Of a DNA stretch of 64,000 nt, positions 62,401 to 64,000 are shown one piece after another. The first letter of the stretch is position 1, and every line of letters starts with the position of its first letter. Source of the stretch: Octopus vulgaris (lineage: Eukaryota); contig OX597828.1 of NCBI GenBank assembly GCA_951406725.2, forward strand, positions 38,998,001 through 39,062,000, in the 5' to 3' direction. Both the position numbers and the translations under genes were made by a program. The notes under the pieces were generated by a model, which was not told where the DNA came from, searched no databases, and saw nothing but the letters and a program-made list of their open reading frames with translations.

Positions 62401-62719
62401 TGCTACCTTATTCACACACTTTATATAGTCCCGCTTACATTTTTCTTCTTGATTTCCTTTTTCCCCTCTTCCTTATTCTTTTATGAACTTTAGTGAGTCA
62501 TTGTCCCCCCTCAGGGGGTTCTCGTTGGACAAAATGGCCCCAACTATCCTTTTCCCCTCTACCACGCTTAGCTAGCTTGCTTGCCTTTTAGATTGTCTTC
62601 AAGCCAAGAGAATTTATTTTCTCATTATACATATATTTAGGCTGTCTTATTAGCATTTAATTATTGATTTGTGTATTTAAATGAAGGCTAAAATAGAAAA
62701 TGAATATATTTGTTTGATA

Positions 62720-64000
62720 ACATTGCTGATGTCGTTTAGCTCCTTTCCAGCCATGACCATCTCATTTTTTAAAAATTTCAGATAGTGTATTATTAGGATA
62801 ACATTATAATCCAATGTGTTTTAAAACGGTAGGGAAAGAAATCTGGCTGTTATTTCTAGCATGTTGGACAATCATATAGAGGCTCGTTGTTATAATTACC
62901 GTTTCGTTGTTTCCATTATCTATAAAAAAATATTGATAATTAATTACACGTTTATAACAACTAGACAATTCTAGTGAAAAATAAAAACAAAATCTATGTT
63001 AAAACCCAACAAGCTCAGTTGGTCGACTACCTTCAGCTGGTCTAAATTAAAACGAACATTCGGTCACTGACTCCCCACCAAGGAAACCCTTCCTTTATCT
63101 CATAACCGACGCCATCTATTAAAACACATACAACAGCAAGCTAGCGAGGGAGCCTCAACGCGGTCGCTCGACATTCTAGAGATAGCAGTCAAATCTCCAA
63201 CTCGCACCCTCCTGTTTTAAATATAGAAAAGACGCATTAGATAATGTAGTCCCATATTATCCTTAAAAAAGATAGGATGGCCATAATTGGAATACTTTCG
63301 TCAGAGTTCAGAATGGGAAAAATGTTTTATCAGCTGTCTTCCCGCATTCTCGGCCAGTGCTGACCAACAGCAACGTATACAGTGAGGTGCTTCTAATGTA
63401 GTTTCTCAACATGCTAGAAAGAAATAGCCAAATCTCCCTTAAATCACCCCCGTCTTAAATAAAGAACATATTGGATAATGTAGTCCTACATATAATCTCT
63501 AAAACGGCAAGATGTCACGGTTGGAATGTCTGTGATCATAGATCTCGATCTGGGCTGAACAATAAACACGTACAAGGGAGCTTCCACACGATCGCTTGAC
63601 CTGTAGAAATAGCAACCAACTTACCCTAAAACGTCATTCTGTCGTCTTGACTAAGAAAAGAACACATTGGATAATACAAGTTTCGACATAGCTCTAAAAT
63701 GTCATGCGATGATGATGGTCATGGCTGGAATCGCTTTGCTCATAGATAGGTCGGTCGTATCAGAGCTGACCGGGAATTAAATAACAGGACCGCGACGACT
63801 TAATCGTTCATGTCCTTATATATATATATATATATATTTTTTTTTTTTATGACATTAAAATACTAAGATTATAATTAAGTAAACACGTGTCGAGAGTGTC
63901 ACTACGTTGTCGTTCGACCTGTTAGAAACAACAGCCAAATGTCTCAAATTACGCCCTGCAATCTTGAAACAAAAATTGGTGGGGGACATACTGGAAAATG
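62720..64000. repeat. Cluster of an old abundant interspersed repeat (ctagaaatagcagccaaatctccc..ggataatgtagtcc..gggctaaacaac); also near 6.0, 9.3-10.3, 13.55, 15.55, 38.4, 47.7-50.0, 51.0, 55.2 and 57.5 kb
   Basis: Recurrent degenerate blocks in both orientations; class not identified. Confidence 0.7.

Overview
AT-rich, repeat-dense eukaryotic DNA. The SINE, RTE-LINE and (CAT)n/(TA)n repeat repertoire looks like an Octopus (coleoid cephalopod) genome; this is an inference from memory of those repeats, not a search result. The main feature is a complete + strand FKBP8 (FKBP38) gene. I assembled 10 coding exons by hand from 14565 to 46879; all introns are GT-AG with compatible phases, giving 1692 nt (563 aa). 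The protein has a long acidic N-terminus, an FKBP PPIase domain, three TPRs, a C-terminal helix and a tail anchor. A probable non-coding first exon ends at 7550. A candidate divergent 5'TOP/TCT transcript with tiny exons starts near 6783 on the - strand. The rest is mostly transposon debris: tRNA-derived SINEs, RTE-LINE 3' ends, mariner, pogo, hAT and piggyBac-type MITEs. The most interesting non-gene signal is a set of minimal hammerhead-ribozyme motifs of the Penelope-like type, mostly in inverted repeats. One of them sits inside a tRNA-headed SINE arranged as a head-to-head palindromic dimer (24.5-25.0 kb) just upstream of an FKBP8 exon. Almost all ORFs in the supplied track are artefacts of microsatellites or repeats.
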